DNA of 64,000 nucleotides, taken from the NCBI GenBank assembly GCA_963743525.1, contig CAVUQH010000003.1:1-64000 (forward strand), given 5' to 3'. The notes below the pieces were generated by a model. That model was not told the DNA's origin. It saw only the letters and a list, made by a program, of their open reading frames with translations, and searched no databases. Numbering within the stretch: position 1 is the stretch's first letter; each line of letters starts with the position of its first letter. Position numbers and translations under genes: made by a program. This document shows positions 52,566-64,000 of this stretch, one piece after another. The stretch is from an uncultured delta proteobacterium. Lineage in GTDB: Bacteria > Myxococcota_A > Polyangia > Haliangiales > Haliangiaceae.

Positions 52566-54921
52566 ATGTCGCCGCCACGTCAACCCACGGCTCTCGGGCC
52601 TGTGCCGGCGCCGAGGGGCCCGTCCGCCGACGGGTCGGACGGCGCTGTTCGCTTCGACGAAGACGAGCGAACCACCGTCGATTCCGGACCGCCGCAACCG
52701 GGTCCGGATCTAGACGCGCGCTGGGAAGAGAAGACCCGGCGCGAGGGCAAAGGGGATCGCTCGCGCGCCATCCCGCGGCTGTCCACCGGCGACGACAGCG
52801 GCCAGGTGCTGCGCGATACCATCGACGCGGGCGACGAGGTCACGGTCAACGCCGGCCCGGACGACGACGAAGACGAGGTCACGGTCCGCGCCGACGAGCA
52901 CCTGCAGAAGCGACTCGCTGCCAGCCTCAGCGACACCGGCGGTGACTCCGAGGTCGGACAGACGTCGACGATGGACGGCACCATCGACGAGCCGACGGTC
53001 GACGAGCAGGCCAAGCCGCTGCCACCGCTTTCGGTGGTCCCCCCGATTCCGGCGGGCAAGCGCACACGACCGGCACTGCGCAAGCCGGCGCTGGCCAAAG
53101 GCCGACTCACCGTCGTGGCCGGCAACGACAGCGGTCGCGAGTTCGAGCTGACCGGCAAGACCGCGGTCATCGGCCGCGGTGTCGACTGCAACCTGGTGCT
53201 CACCGACATCGCGGTGTCGCGCCGGCACCTGGAGATCGAGTTCGACGGCCAGTTCTATCGGCTGCGCGACCTGGGCTCGGGTAACGGCACGCTGCTCAAC
53301 GACCGCGTCGAGGACGGTGTGTGCGAGCTCCGCCACGGCGACCGGATGGAGCTGGGCAACACCGTGATCCGCTTCGAGCATCCGGCGTCCAAGCCGGAGC
53401 CGGCCGCGGTCGGCTGGGGCGGTCAGGCCGACGTCGACGAAGAGGCCAGCACCATCGCCGGCCGCGGTCGATCCAGCGGAGCGGAAGGCGCGGCCAAGCT
53501 GCCGCCGCCTCGCCGCGTGCCACCTTCGGACGAAGCGGGACGCCGTCTCGTGCTGCCGCCGTCGCCACCGGGCGCGGTGCTGCCTGCCAACAGCCCGGCG
53601 GCGATGCGGCCGATTGCGGCCCGGCCCATCGGACCTCACCCGCGCGCAGCCGATCCGACGCTGCCGCCGATGGCCCATCCGGTGTCGATGCCGATGGGCG
53701 CGCAGGGACCGTCGTTCGGCGTGCCCGATCAGCGCAAGATGATCATCGGCATCATCTCGGCGACCATCGTCATCGTCGTCATCGCCATCGTCGCGACGTT
53801 GATCCGCGGCAGCGACGGCGAACAGGTGGCCACCAGCGAAGGTCCGGCGAGCGCGCAGTCCGCCGGACCACTGGCGGTCGAGCCGGTAGCCCACGAGATG
53901 CGCGACCCGCCGGCGATCAACACGGCGGCCAGGGAAGAACCGGCCGCAGCCGAAGCAACCCTGCCGCTGTTCAACCTGGGGCACCAACGAGGTGCTGCTG
54001 GCGTCGCGCGCCGGCGTGCCGGTGGCGGCGCTGCAGCGCGACGTCGCCCTACCCGCGCCGGACGCGACCCACGAGGACGAGCACCCGGCCGCCGACGACG
54101 AGGACGAGCCGGCCAAGAAGGGCGAACCGGTCAAGAAGGACGAACCGGTCAAGAAGAGCGAACCGACGCGCAAGCAGTCGCGGGCCAAGAGCCGCGCCAC
54201 CAGCCGCGCCCACGCGCGCAAGGCGCCGTCGCAGTCCACGCCCAAGCTCAAGCGCCGCGCGTCCAAGCGGCCGACGCGCACGGCGAGCCGGACCACCCGG
54301 CGAGCGTCGTCGCGCTCGTCGTCCAGCGCCTCGTCGGCGAAGAAGAAGGCCCTGGCGCTCTACCGCAAGAAAGACTTCAACGGCGCCGCCGCCGCCCTGC
54401 GCGACGCCGCCGGCAAACTGCCCGACGACGAGGCCGACAAGCTGCGCGCCGAGGCGACCAACTACGAGACCGTCGGCGTCAACCTGACGCGCGCCCAGGC
54501 CAGCGAGACCTCCAACCCGACCTCGTCGATGGCCGCCTACCGCCGCGCGCTCGCGCTGGACAAACGCGCCGGCGACGGCACCCACTCGGCCTACATCCGC
54601 ATCAAGCTGGGCCAGGTGGCGCCGCGCGCCGCCGCCTCGTACATGGCGCAGAAGAAGTACGAGCTGGCCAAGAAGGCCGCCGACGCCGCGGTCAACTACG
54701 GCGCCGGCTCGCAGCCGACGGTCCGGCGCGTGCGCGACGCGCTCGAGCGCAAGTCTGCCGACTTCTACAAGCAGGCGATCAGCATCAAGAAGAGCAACCC
54801 CAAGGGCGCCAAGTCGCTGCTCCGGCGGGTGCTGCACATCGTCCCGCCCGACAGCCCCTGGTACGCCAAGGCGTACAAGCTGCTCAACGCCCGCACCGGC
54901 CCGCGCGACGACGACGAGTAG
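52566..54921 (+). CDS. FHA-domain membrane protein with C-terminal TPR-like helices (frameshift near 53975)
   Basis: FHA motifs IGRG, VSRRH and DLGSGNGT; TM MIIGIISATIVIVVIAIV; helical C-terminal domain in the second frame. Confidence 0.85.
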
Positions 54922-54927
54922 TACGAG

Positions 54928-55317
54928 CTACTCGCCCAGCAGCCGATCGATCGTCTCGTCGAGCTCGCGAAAGTCGAACGGCTTGTCGATCTTGGCGTCG
55001 ACGTCGTAGAGCGGCGCGGTCATCGAGCTCAATCCCTCGCCGATGGCGGTGAGCATGACGATCTTGATCGCCTCGAGCTCGGGATCGTGGCGGATCGACC
55101 GGGCGACCTCCCAGCCGGACATCTTGGGCATCATCACGTCGAGGATCACCAGGTGCGGCCGCTGCGCCCGCATCTGGTCCAGAGCAGCCTCGCCGTCGCC
55201 TGCCGTGAGCACGGTGAATCCGCGCTTGCTGAGCCGCGCAGACAGCATGCCGACGATACTGGGATCGTCGTTGACCACGAGGATCGTCGCGCTCCCCCCC
55301 GCCACCGTGCCTGCCAT
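54928..55317 (-). CDS. Single-domain response regulator
   Basis: ILVVNDD, ILDVMMP, MLTA and DKPF. Confidence 0.9.
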   Translation of the reverse strand: MAGTVAGGSATILVVNDDPSIVGMLSARLSKRGFTVLTAGDGEAALDQMRAQRPHLVILDVMMPKMSGWEVARSIRHDPELEAIKIVMLTAIGEGLSSMTAPLYDVDAKIDKPFDFRELDETIDRLLGE

Positions 55318-55380
55318 CTGCCCACGGTATGCCGCCCGTGGGACCCCGGTCAAGACGGGGCGTTGTGATAGAACCGGCCG

Positions 55381-56403
55381 GTGAAGCGAGCCTGGCGCCG
55401 TCTGCTCATCGGCATCATCGCCGGGGTGACCATCTTTGCCGGCTTCTCCATCTACGCCGACGTCGGCAAGCTCGGCGATCGTCTGCGCGGGTTCGGCTGG
55501 TGGGCCATGGGCGCTGCGCTGGGCCTGGCCCTGGCCAACTACGTCATCCGTTATTTTCGTTGGGCTCTGTACCTTCGTGTCGCCGGCATCGAGGTTCCAG
55601 CGCGGACCAGCGCACTAACGTTCCTGTCGGGGTTCGCCCTGGCAGTGACGCCGGGCAAGGTCGGCGAGCTCATCAAGAGCTTCCTGCTGCGCGAGACCTG
55701 CCAGGTGCCGATCACTCGCAGCGCGCCGGTGGTAATCGCCGAGCGCGTGACCGATCTGATCGCGCTGCTCGCGCTGGGCGTGGTCGGCGTCGCCATCTAC
55801 GGCATCGCCTCGAGCATGGTCATCGCCGGCGGCGTCGCGGTCGGTGCCGGGCTGCTGGTGCTGTCCTGGCCGGCGCTGGCCCACGCCATCATCCGACTCA
55901 TCGCCCGGCTGCCGCGCCTGCGCAACATGGCCGTGCGGATGCGCGAGCTATACGACGGCCTGGTCTACCTGGTCCGGCCGGACCGCCTGCTGTGGGGCAC
56001 GGCGCTGGGCGCGGTCGCGTGGATGGCCGAGTGTCTCGGCTTCACCTTGATCGTCTCGGCCTTTCCCGGCACTGACGTCCCCTGGGGCCTGGCCACCTTG
56101 ATCTACGCCACCACCACCATCGCCGGCGCGCTGTCGTTCCTGCCCGGCGGCCTGTTGGTGACCGAAGCGACCATGGCCCTGTTCCTGGTCGAGTCGTCGC
56201 GCGGGGTGGATCAGCCAACCGCGGTGGCGGCGACCATCCTCACCCGCCTGGCCACCCTGTGGTTCGCGGTGGTTCTGGGGCTGATAGCGCTGGCGGTCTT
56301 CCGCCGCCTGGCGCCGGGCGCAACCCGGGCGGTCGAGGCGGTCGCCCCGGACGCTCGGGCGGGCCAATCGGAGGCCCCCGCCGACCCGGCCGACGAGCCG
56401 TAA
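55381..56403 (+). CDS. Lysylphosphatidylglycerol synthase TM / flippase-like (UPF0104) protein
   Basis: Multi-TM; RW, TPGKVGE..K, ERVTD, PGGL..TE and RLATLWF. Confidence 0.87.
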   Translation: MKRAWRRLLIGIIAGVTIFAGFSIYADVGKLGDRLRGFGWWAMGAALGLALANYVIRYFRWALYLRVAGIEVPARTSALTFLSGFALAVTPGKVGELIKSFLLRETCQVPITRSAPVVIAERVTDLIALLALGVVGVAIYGIASSMVIAGGVAVGAGLLVLSWPALAHAIIRLIARLPRLRNMAVRMRELYDGLVYLVRPDRLLWGTALGAVAWMAECLGFTLIVSAFPGTDVPWGLATLIYATTTIAGALSFLPGGLLVTEATMALFLVESSRGVDQPTAVAATILTRLATLWFAVVLGLIALAVFRRLAPGATRAVEAVAPDARAGQSEAPADPADEP

Positions 56404-56420
56404 ACGGCTATACTGCGCCC

Positions 56421-59098
<2,678 letters not shown>

Positions 59099-59101
59099 GC
59101 C

Positions 59102-62032
59102 GTGTCGATCTGGTCCCGCATCGAGCGCCGGCTGACCGATCTGGCCGGGGAGCTTCTGCCGGACGAGTTCCGCGAACAGGTTGACGAGGCCCGGCGGCTG
59201 CTCGACGGAGACAACGCGGCCGAAGCGGCCGAGAGCCTCGAAGCACTGGTCGCCGAGCGACCCGAGCACGCGGTCGCGCTGTCGCTGCTGGGGGCGGCGC
59301 GGCTCGAGCTCGGCGATCCGGTGGCGGCGCGGTCGGCCTTCGAGCGCGCCATCGCCGCCGATCCCGATCTGGCCGAAGCCCACGTCGGACGAGGCGAATC
59401 GGCCGCGGCCGAAGGAGACGACGATACCGCGGTCGCGGCCTATCGCACCGCCATCGGCGCGGCCGGCGGGGATCGCGGCGTGTTGCACGCGGCCTACCGC
59501 GGGCTCGGCGGCGTCTACCGGCGCAGCGGTGACATCGACAAGGCGATCCGCGAGCTGCGCAAAGCCGTGGCCGAGTCGCCGCGCGACGGCGTGGCGCTGG
59601 GCGGGCTGGGCGAGGCGCTCCTCGCCGACCCGGACGTCACTGATGAAGAAGCCGAGCGCTACCTGGCGCGGGCCGCGGACGCCGAGGTGACCGCGCCCAT
59701 CACCTGGCTCGGGCTCGGTGACCTGGCGCTGCGCAACGGCGACGCCGGTGCCGCCGGCGTGCACTACGAAAAGGCGCTGGCACTGGCGACCACCGACGTG
59801 ATGGCCGGATCGCCGACGCGGCGCGGCGAGCGGCTGCGCGCGCTGTGCGGCCTGGGCGACGCGGCCCTGGCAGCCGGCGACGCCGCCGCCGCGCACCGCC
59901 GCTACCTCGAAGCGCTCGAGCTCGACGCGCGCCGTGCCGATGTTCACGCGCGAGTGGCCGAAGCGCACCGGCGGGTGGGCGACCGCGACGCGGCGATCGC
60001 CTCCTACGAGCGCGCTCTGCAGCTGGGCGCCGGCGACGACGTGCTGCGCGCGGCCCTCGACACCGCCATCGAAGCGCGCGCGGTCGCCGCGGCCGTCGAT
60101 CTGGCCAACCGCGTGTTGGCGCGCGACCCCGACGACCCGCGGGCGCTGGTCGCGCGCGGCATCGCCCTGGCCGAGGACGGCCGGGTCGAGCCGGCGCGCG
60201 CCACCTTTCGTGCCGCGCTGGCCCGGGGCGACGACGCCCAGGCGCGCCTGGCGCTGGCGCGGCTCGAGCTCGACAGCTCACCCACGCGCGACGCCGGCAA
60301 CAGCGCCGCCGCCGAGGCACTTGCCGCCCTGCGCATCGACCCGGGCAGCGAGCGCGGCCGCGCGCTCCTGGCCGAGGCCCGGGAGCGTGCGCTGGCGCGG
60401 CCCGGAGAGGCGTCGGCCGGCGACCGCGACGCGGCCCTGTACCGATTGATCACCGAGCTACAGGAGCTGTCGGTGCGCAGCCGCGAGCTGGGCTCGCTCG
60501 CCGCCGACGGCGCCCGGGCGGCGACCGACTTCGACCAGCCGCTGCTGGTCACGGTGATGGGCGAGTTCTCCAGCGGCAAGTCGACCTTCGTCAACGCGTT
60601 CATCGGCGACGACGTCGCGCCGACCGGCATCACGCCGACCACCGCGACGATCAACGTCGTCAAATACGGTCGCGAGCGCGGCGGCCGTATCCACTACCGC
60701 GACGGCCGCACCGAGGCGCTGGGCTGGGACGAGCTGATGACGGCGCTGCGCGCCCTCGACGCCCACAGCACCCGTGAAGTCCGACTGGTCGAGATCCTGG
60801 TGCCGCTGGCGGCGCTCGAGCGGATCAACATCGTCGATACCCCGGGCCTCAACTCGATCTTGCCCGAGCACGAGGAGGTCGCGCGCGGCTTCATCGCCCG
60901 CGCCGACGCCGTGGTCTGGCTGTTCACGGCCAACCAGGCGGGCAAGAAGTCGGAGAAGGCTGCGCTCGAGCGCATCCGCGTCGAGGGCGTGCGCGTCCTC
61001 GGCGTGCTCAACAAGATCGATCAGCTGGCCGCGGGCGAGCTCGACCAGGTCGTCAACTACGTCCGCGGCGAGCTGTCGGGCCTGGTCGAGGCGGTGGTTC
61101 CGCTGTCGGCGCGACAGGCGGCGCTGGCGCGCAGCGATCACGCTGGCGACGCCGGCGACGGCGGCTGGGCGGCGCTGGAGTCCGATCTGGAGGAGCGCTT
61201 CTTCGCCCGCGCCCGCGACATCAAGCGCGAGGTCGCGGCCCGACGCCTGGGCGTGTTGGTCGACCGCGCCCGCCGCACGGTCAGCGAGCGGCGCGATCGC
61301 GCGCGTACCGTCGCGACTGCGCTGGTGGGCGGCGCAGCGACCGTCGGCGACGCCGCCGAGCGCTTCGGCGACGAAATCGCAATCCGCGAGCGACGCGCGC
61401 TGACCGGCCAGGTCGCCGAGCTCTACCGCCGCGCCGCGCGCGAGGTGCTCGAGCTGGTTCGGCCGCGGCGCCTGCCGTTCGGCTCGCACAGCGCGACCGA
61501 GGCGGATCGCGACTACCTGGTATCGCTGCTCCACGCCGGATACGAATCGGCGCTCGAGCACAGCCGGCGCGGTGTGGTCGCCGATCTGCGCGCCCGCGGC
61601 GGCGACGCGGTCACCGAGATCGCGCGGGCCGCCGACGTCATCGGCGCCGACGCCGCCAGCGACCTGGCGCGCACCGTCGACGACGCCGTGCGCCTGGTCG
61701 AGGCGCAGGTGTTCGCGCGCTGCCTGGCCTACGTCGGGGGCTTCCTGCGCGGCGGCTTCGTCAACAGCTTCTTCCGCGGTGAGCTGCCCAAGATCGAGCT
61801 CAGCGAGGACGCCGTGTTCCACGCCCTGTTCCGCGACTCGCCCGATCTCGACACCCAGATCGCCGAGCCGCTGGCCCGCGCCGGCCGCGGAGCGCTGGCG
61901 TCGCTGGCCGATCGCCTGCGCCATTACGGCGACGTCGCCGACGTCCTGGCCTACGACATCGAGGTCGGCGAGGTCCGCGCCATCGACGCCATCGACGCCC
62001 GGCGGGTGGAGCTGGCCGGGTCGTCGTCATGA
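59102..62032 (+). CDS. TPR-repeat / dynamin-like GTPase fusion
   Basis: About 430 aa of TPR-like repeats, then GEFSSGKST, PTGITPTT, DTPG and NKID, then a helical C-terminus. Confidence 0.88.
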   Translation: MSIWSRIERRLTDLAGELLPDEFREQVDEARRLLDGDNAAEAAESLEALVAERPEHAVALSLLGAARLELGDPVAARSAFERAIAADPDLAEAHVGRGESAAAEGDDDTAVAAYRTAIGAAGGDRGVLHAAYRGLGGVYRRSGDIDKAIRELRKAVAESPRDGVALGGLGEALLADPDVTDEEAERYLARAADAEVTAPITWLGLGDLALRNGDAGAAGVHYEKALALATTDVMAGSPTRRGERLRALCGLGDAALAAGDAAAAHRRYLEALELDARRADVHARVAEAHRRVGDRDAAIASYERALQLGAGDDVLRAALDTAIEARAVAAAVDLANRVLARDPDDPRALVARGIALAEDGRVEPARATFRAALARGDDAQARLALARLELDSSPTRDAGNSAAAEALAALRIDPGSERGRALLAEARERALARPGEASAGDRDAALYRLITELQELSVRSRELGSLAADGARAATDFDQPLLVTVMGEFSSGKSTFVNAFIGDDVAPTGITPTTATINVVKYGRERGGRIHYRDGRTEALGWDELMTALRALDAHSTREVRLVEILVPLAALERINIVDTPGLNSILPEHEEVARGFIARADAVVWLFTANQAGKKSEKAALERIRVEGVRVLGVLNKIDQLAAGELDQVVNYVRGELSGLVEAVVPLSARQAALARSDHAGDAGDGGWAALESDLEERFFARARDIKREVAARRLGVLVDRARRTVSERRDRARTVATALVGGAATVGDAAERFGDEIAIRERRALTGQVAELYRRAAREVLELVRPRRLPFGSHSATEADRDYLVSLLHAGYESALEHSRRGVVADLRARGGDAVTEIARAADVIGADAASDLARTVDDAVRLVEAQVFARCLAYVGGFLRGGFVNSFFRGELPKIELSEDAVFHALFRDSPDLDTQIAEPLARAGRGALASLADRLRHYGDVADVLAYDIEVGEVRAIDAIDARRVELAGSSS

Positions 62033-62052
62033 CCGGACTGTAGGTTCGAGCG

Positions 62053-62754
62053 GTGAGAGACAAACACACCCTGGGCATCGACGAGGCCGGCCGCGGACCG
62101 GCGATCGGTCCGATGGTGATGGCCGCGGTCTGTCTCGACACCCGCGCCGCCCGCGCGCTGACCCGCGCCGGCCTGGCCGATTCGAAGAGTTACGGCGCCG
62201 GCGAGCGCGCACGCGCGATCCGCGCCGAGCTGGCCGGCAAGGTCCGCGCCCGCGCGCTGCACGTGCAGGTCCGGGTCATCGACGTGTCGGTGATCGATCG
62301 GCGCGTGGCCCGCTCGGAGCTCAATGCGCTGGAGCGCGAGGTCGCCGAGCAGTTCATCAACGAGGCGCCGGCGGTCGATCGCGTGGTCGCCGACGGCAAG
62401 GTGATGTTCGCCAACCTGGCCGCGCGCTACCAGCACATGGAAGCCTGCAACGACGGCGAGTCGCGCCACGCCGCGGTGGCAGCCGCGTCGGTGCTGGCCA
62501 AGGTCCGTCGCGATCAGATCTTCGAGCGCATCTGCGCCCGCTACGCGCCGGAGTTCGGCGAGGTCCGCGGCGGCGGCTACGTCAACGAGGCGACGCGCCG
62601 CTTCCTTCGCGCCTTCGCCGAACGCCACCGCTGCCTGCCACCCGAGGCGCGCCGGTCGTGGCCGCACCCGTACCTGTGCGACATCCTCGGGCCGGACTTC
62701 GACCCGTTCGCCGACTGCCCCGACGACCGCGCCGGCCAGCTGTCGCTGCTCTGA
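62053..62754 (+). CDS. rnhB: Ribonuclease HII
   Basis: GIDEAGRG, DSK, ADG, VAAASVLAKV.RD and GY. Confidence 0.9.
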   Translation: MRDKHTLGIDEAGRGPAIGPMVMAAVCLDTRAARALTRAGLADSKSYGAGERARAIRAELAGKVRARALHVQVRVIDVSVIDRRVARSELNALEREVAEQFINEAPAVDRVVADGKVMFANLAARYQHMEACNDGESRHAAVAAASVLAKVRRDQIFERICARYAPEFGEVRGGGYVNEATRRFLRAFAERHRCLPPEARRSWPHPYLCDILGPDFDPFADCPDDRAGQLSLL

Positions 62755-62761
62755 CGCCAGC

Positions 62762-63958
62762 CTACTTCTTCGCCGGCGCCGCCCGGCAGGCGGCGAGCCG
62801 CTTGTCGGTGGCGAAGACCTTGGCGTAATAGGTGGCGTCGAGGCTGCGAATCCGCTCGCCCAGCGAGCGAACGGCTTCACACTCGCCGTCCTTGGCCGCC
62901 TGCACCGCCCGGGCAAACAGGTCCTGCACCATCACGCTCTTCTCCGCGCTCTTGTCGGCCGGCTTCTGCTTCTCCCTGGCCGGCGCCTTCTTCTTGGTCG
63001 TGGGTGCCGGCTTGGCCTCGGCCGGTGGTGGCGGCGGTGCCTGCGGCATCTGCGCCGGGGCGGCCGCGCCCTGGTCGTAATCCTCGGCGTCGATCATCGG
63101 CGAGTCGGACGCGCTTCCCTTGACCCCGCCGGGGCCGCGGGCAGCGCCATCGGACGACGCCTTGGTCGAGTCGGCCTTGCCGGCAGCGCCGTAGCTCCCG
63201 CCGCCCATGCTGCCGGTCGCGGTGGTGCCCTGCGCGCGCGTGGACGACGACGACGACCGGTGCGCAGCCGGGGTCCTGGTCTGGACCTTCTGGTCCTTGG
63301 CCTCCTCGGCCGGCTCCGGCGCGGCCTTCGGCACCAGGTCGATCTCGCCCTCGTCGAGTCGCGCACCGCGGCCGACCTGGTCGCCGGCCGCCGCGTTGGG
63401 ATCGTTGTCCGACTCTCCGCCGACGACCGGCGATTCGGTCGCGGCCGGGGGCTCGGCGCTCGTGGCCTCGTCGGGTGTGGTCGGCTGCAGCTGCTCGTTC
63501 ATCGGCGCCAGCGCCTTTTCCGACGGCTCGGTGGCGCGGAAGCCGCCCGACACGTACAGCGCGCCGGCGATACCGGCCACCAGCACCAACATGGTCACCG
63601 CCGCCAGCGCCGGGCTTGCAACCAGCGGACGGAAGAGGCCGAACAGCTTGGCCAGAATGCCCCCGCCCCCCGCGGCGGCCGCGGCAGTCGCCGCGCTGCC
63701 CCTGGACGGAGCCGCCTCGGCGGCGGCGTGGAGCAAGCGCGCGCTGACGGCCTGTGGCGGATCCTCGTCGGGCAGCTCGCGCAGCAGCGCGCGCACGCTG
63801 CGGAAGCCGTCGAGCTCATCGACCCGCTCCGGCTGCGCGCTCACGCGAGCCTGCGCTCGCTCGGCGGCGTCGCCGTCGAGCTCTCCGTACAGGAGATCGA
63901 GCACGAGGAGCTCCTCGGCCGTCGGCTCGCGCGCCTCTATGTCCTTGGATTCGGCCAC
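62762..63958 (-). CDS. Anti-sigma-factor-like membrane protein
   Basis: LDLLYGELD N-terminal helical domain, EDPP, one TM and a disordered periplasmic tail; 7 nt downstream of another gene's stop. Confidence 0.6.
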   Translation of the reverse strand: MAESKDIEAREPTAEELLVLDLLYGELDGDAAERAQARVSAQPERVDELDGFRSVRALLRELPDEDPPQAVSARLLHAAAEAAPSRGSAATAAAAAGGGGILAKLFGLFRPLVASPALAAVTMLVLVAGIAGALYVSGGFRATEPSEKALAPMNEQLQPTTPDEATSAEPPAATESPVVGGESDNDPNAAAGDQVGRGARLDEGEIDLVPKAAPEPAEEAKDQKVQTRTPAAHRSSSSSTRAQGTTATGSMGGGSYGAAGKADSTKASSDGAARGPGGVKGSASDSPMIDAEDYDQGAAAPAQMPQAPPPPPAEAKPAPTTKKKAPAREKQKPADKSAEKSVMVQDLFARAVQAAKDGECEAVRSLGERIRSLDATYYAKVFATDKRLAACRAAPAKK

Positions 63959-64000
63959 GTACTGCTACCGCGTCAGGGCAAAGCTTTCGCCATGTCCTTG

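Overview
High-GC bacterial DNA, most likely a myxobacterium (inferred from a MYXO-CTERM-type tail, GGVE-repeat TonB-like protein, FHA proteins and many lipoproteins). Frameshifts in otherwise intact genes, densest in the first ~7.5 kb, suggest long-read indel errors. From left to right: a P-loop NTPase gene cut by an ISL3 element that is itself interrupted by an IS21 element; a surface-polysaccharide operon (secreted helical protein, beta-barrel, oxidoreductase, fcl); peptidases; a copper monooxygenase lipoprotein; a DegT aminotransferase; two tandem paralogous lipoproteins; a complete Tad/Flp pilus locus; GT2, AsnB-like and WbpD-like genes; an orphan DNA methyltransferase; UvrD; an atypical Hsp70 with a long Pro-rich insert; hisBHAF-IE, a DinG-like helicase, plsY and folK; an FHA membrane protein; and a tightly coupled operon of a flippase-like protein, an M48 peptidase-like protein (NExxH), a dynamin-like GTPase, a TPR-dynamin fusion and RNase HII. 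That operon is the best candidate for an undescribed system. No rRNA, tRNA or CRISPR array was seen. Family calls come from motif recognition by eye, not database searches.
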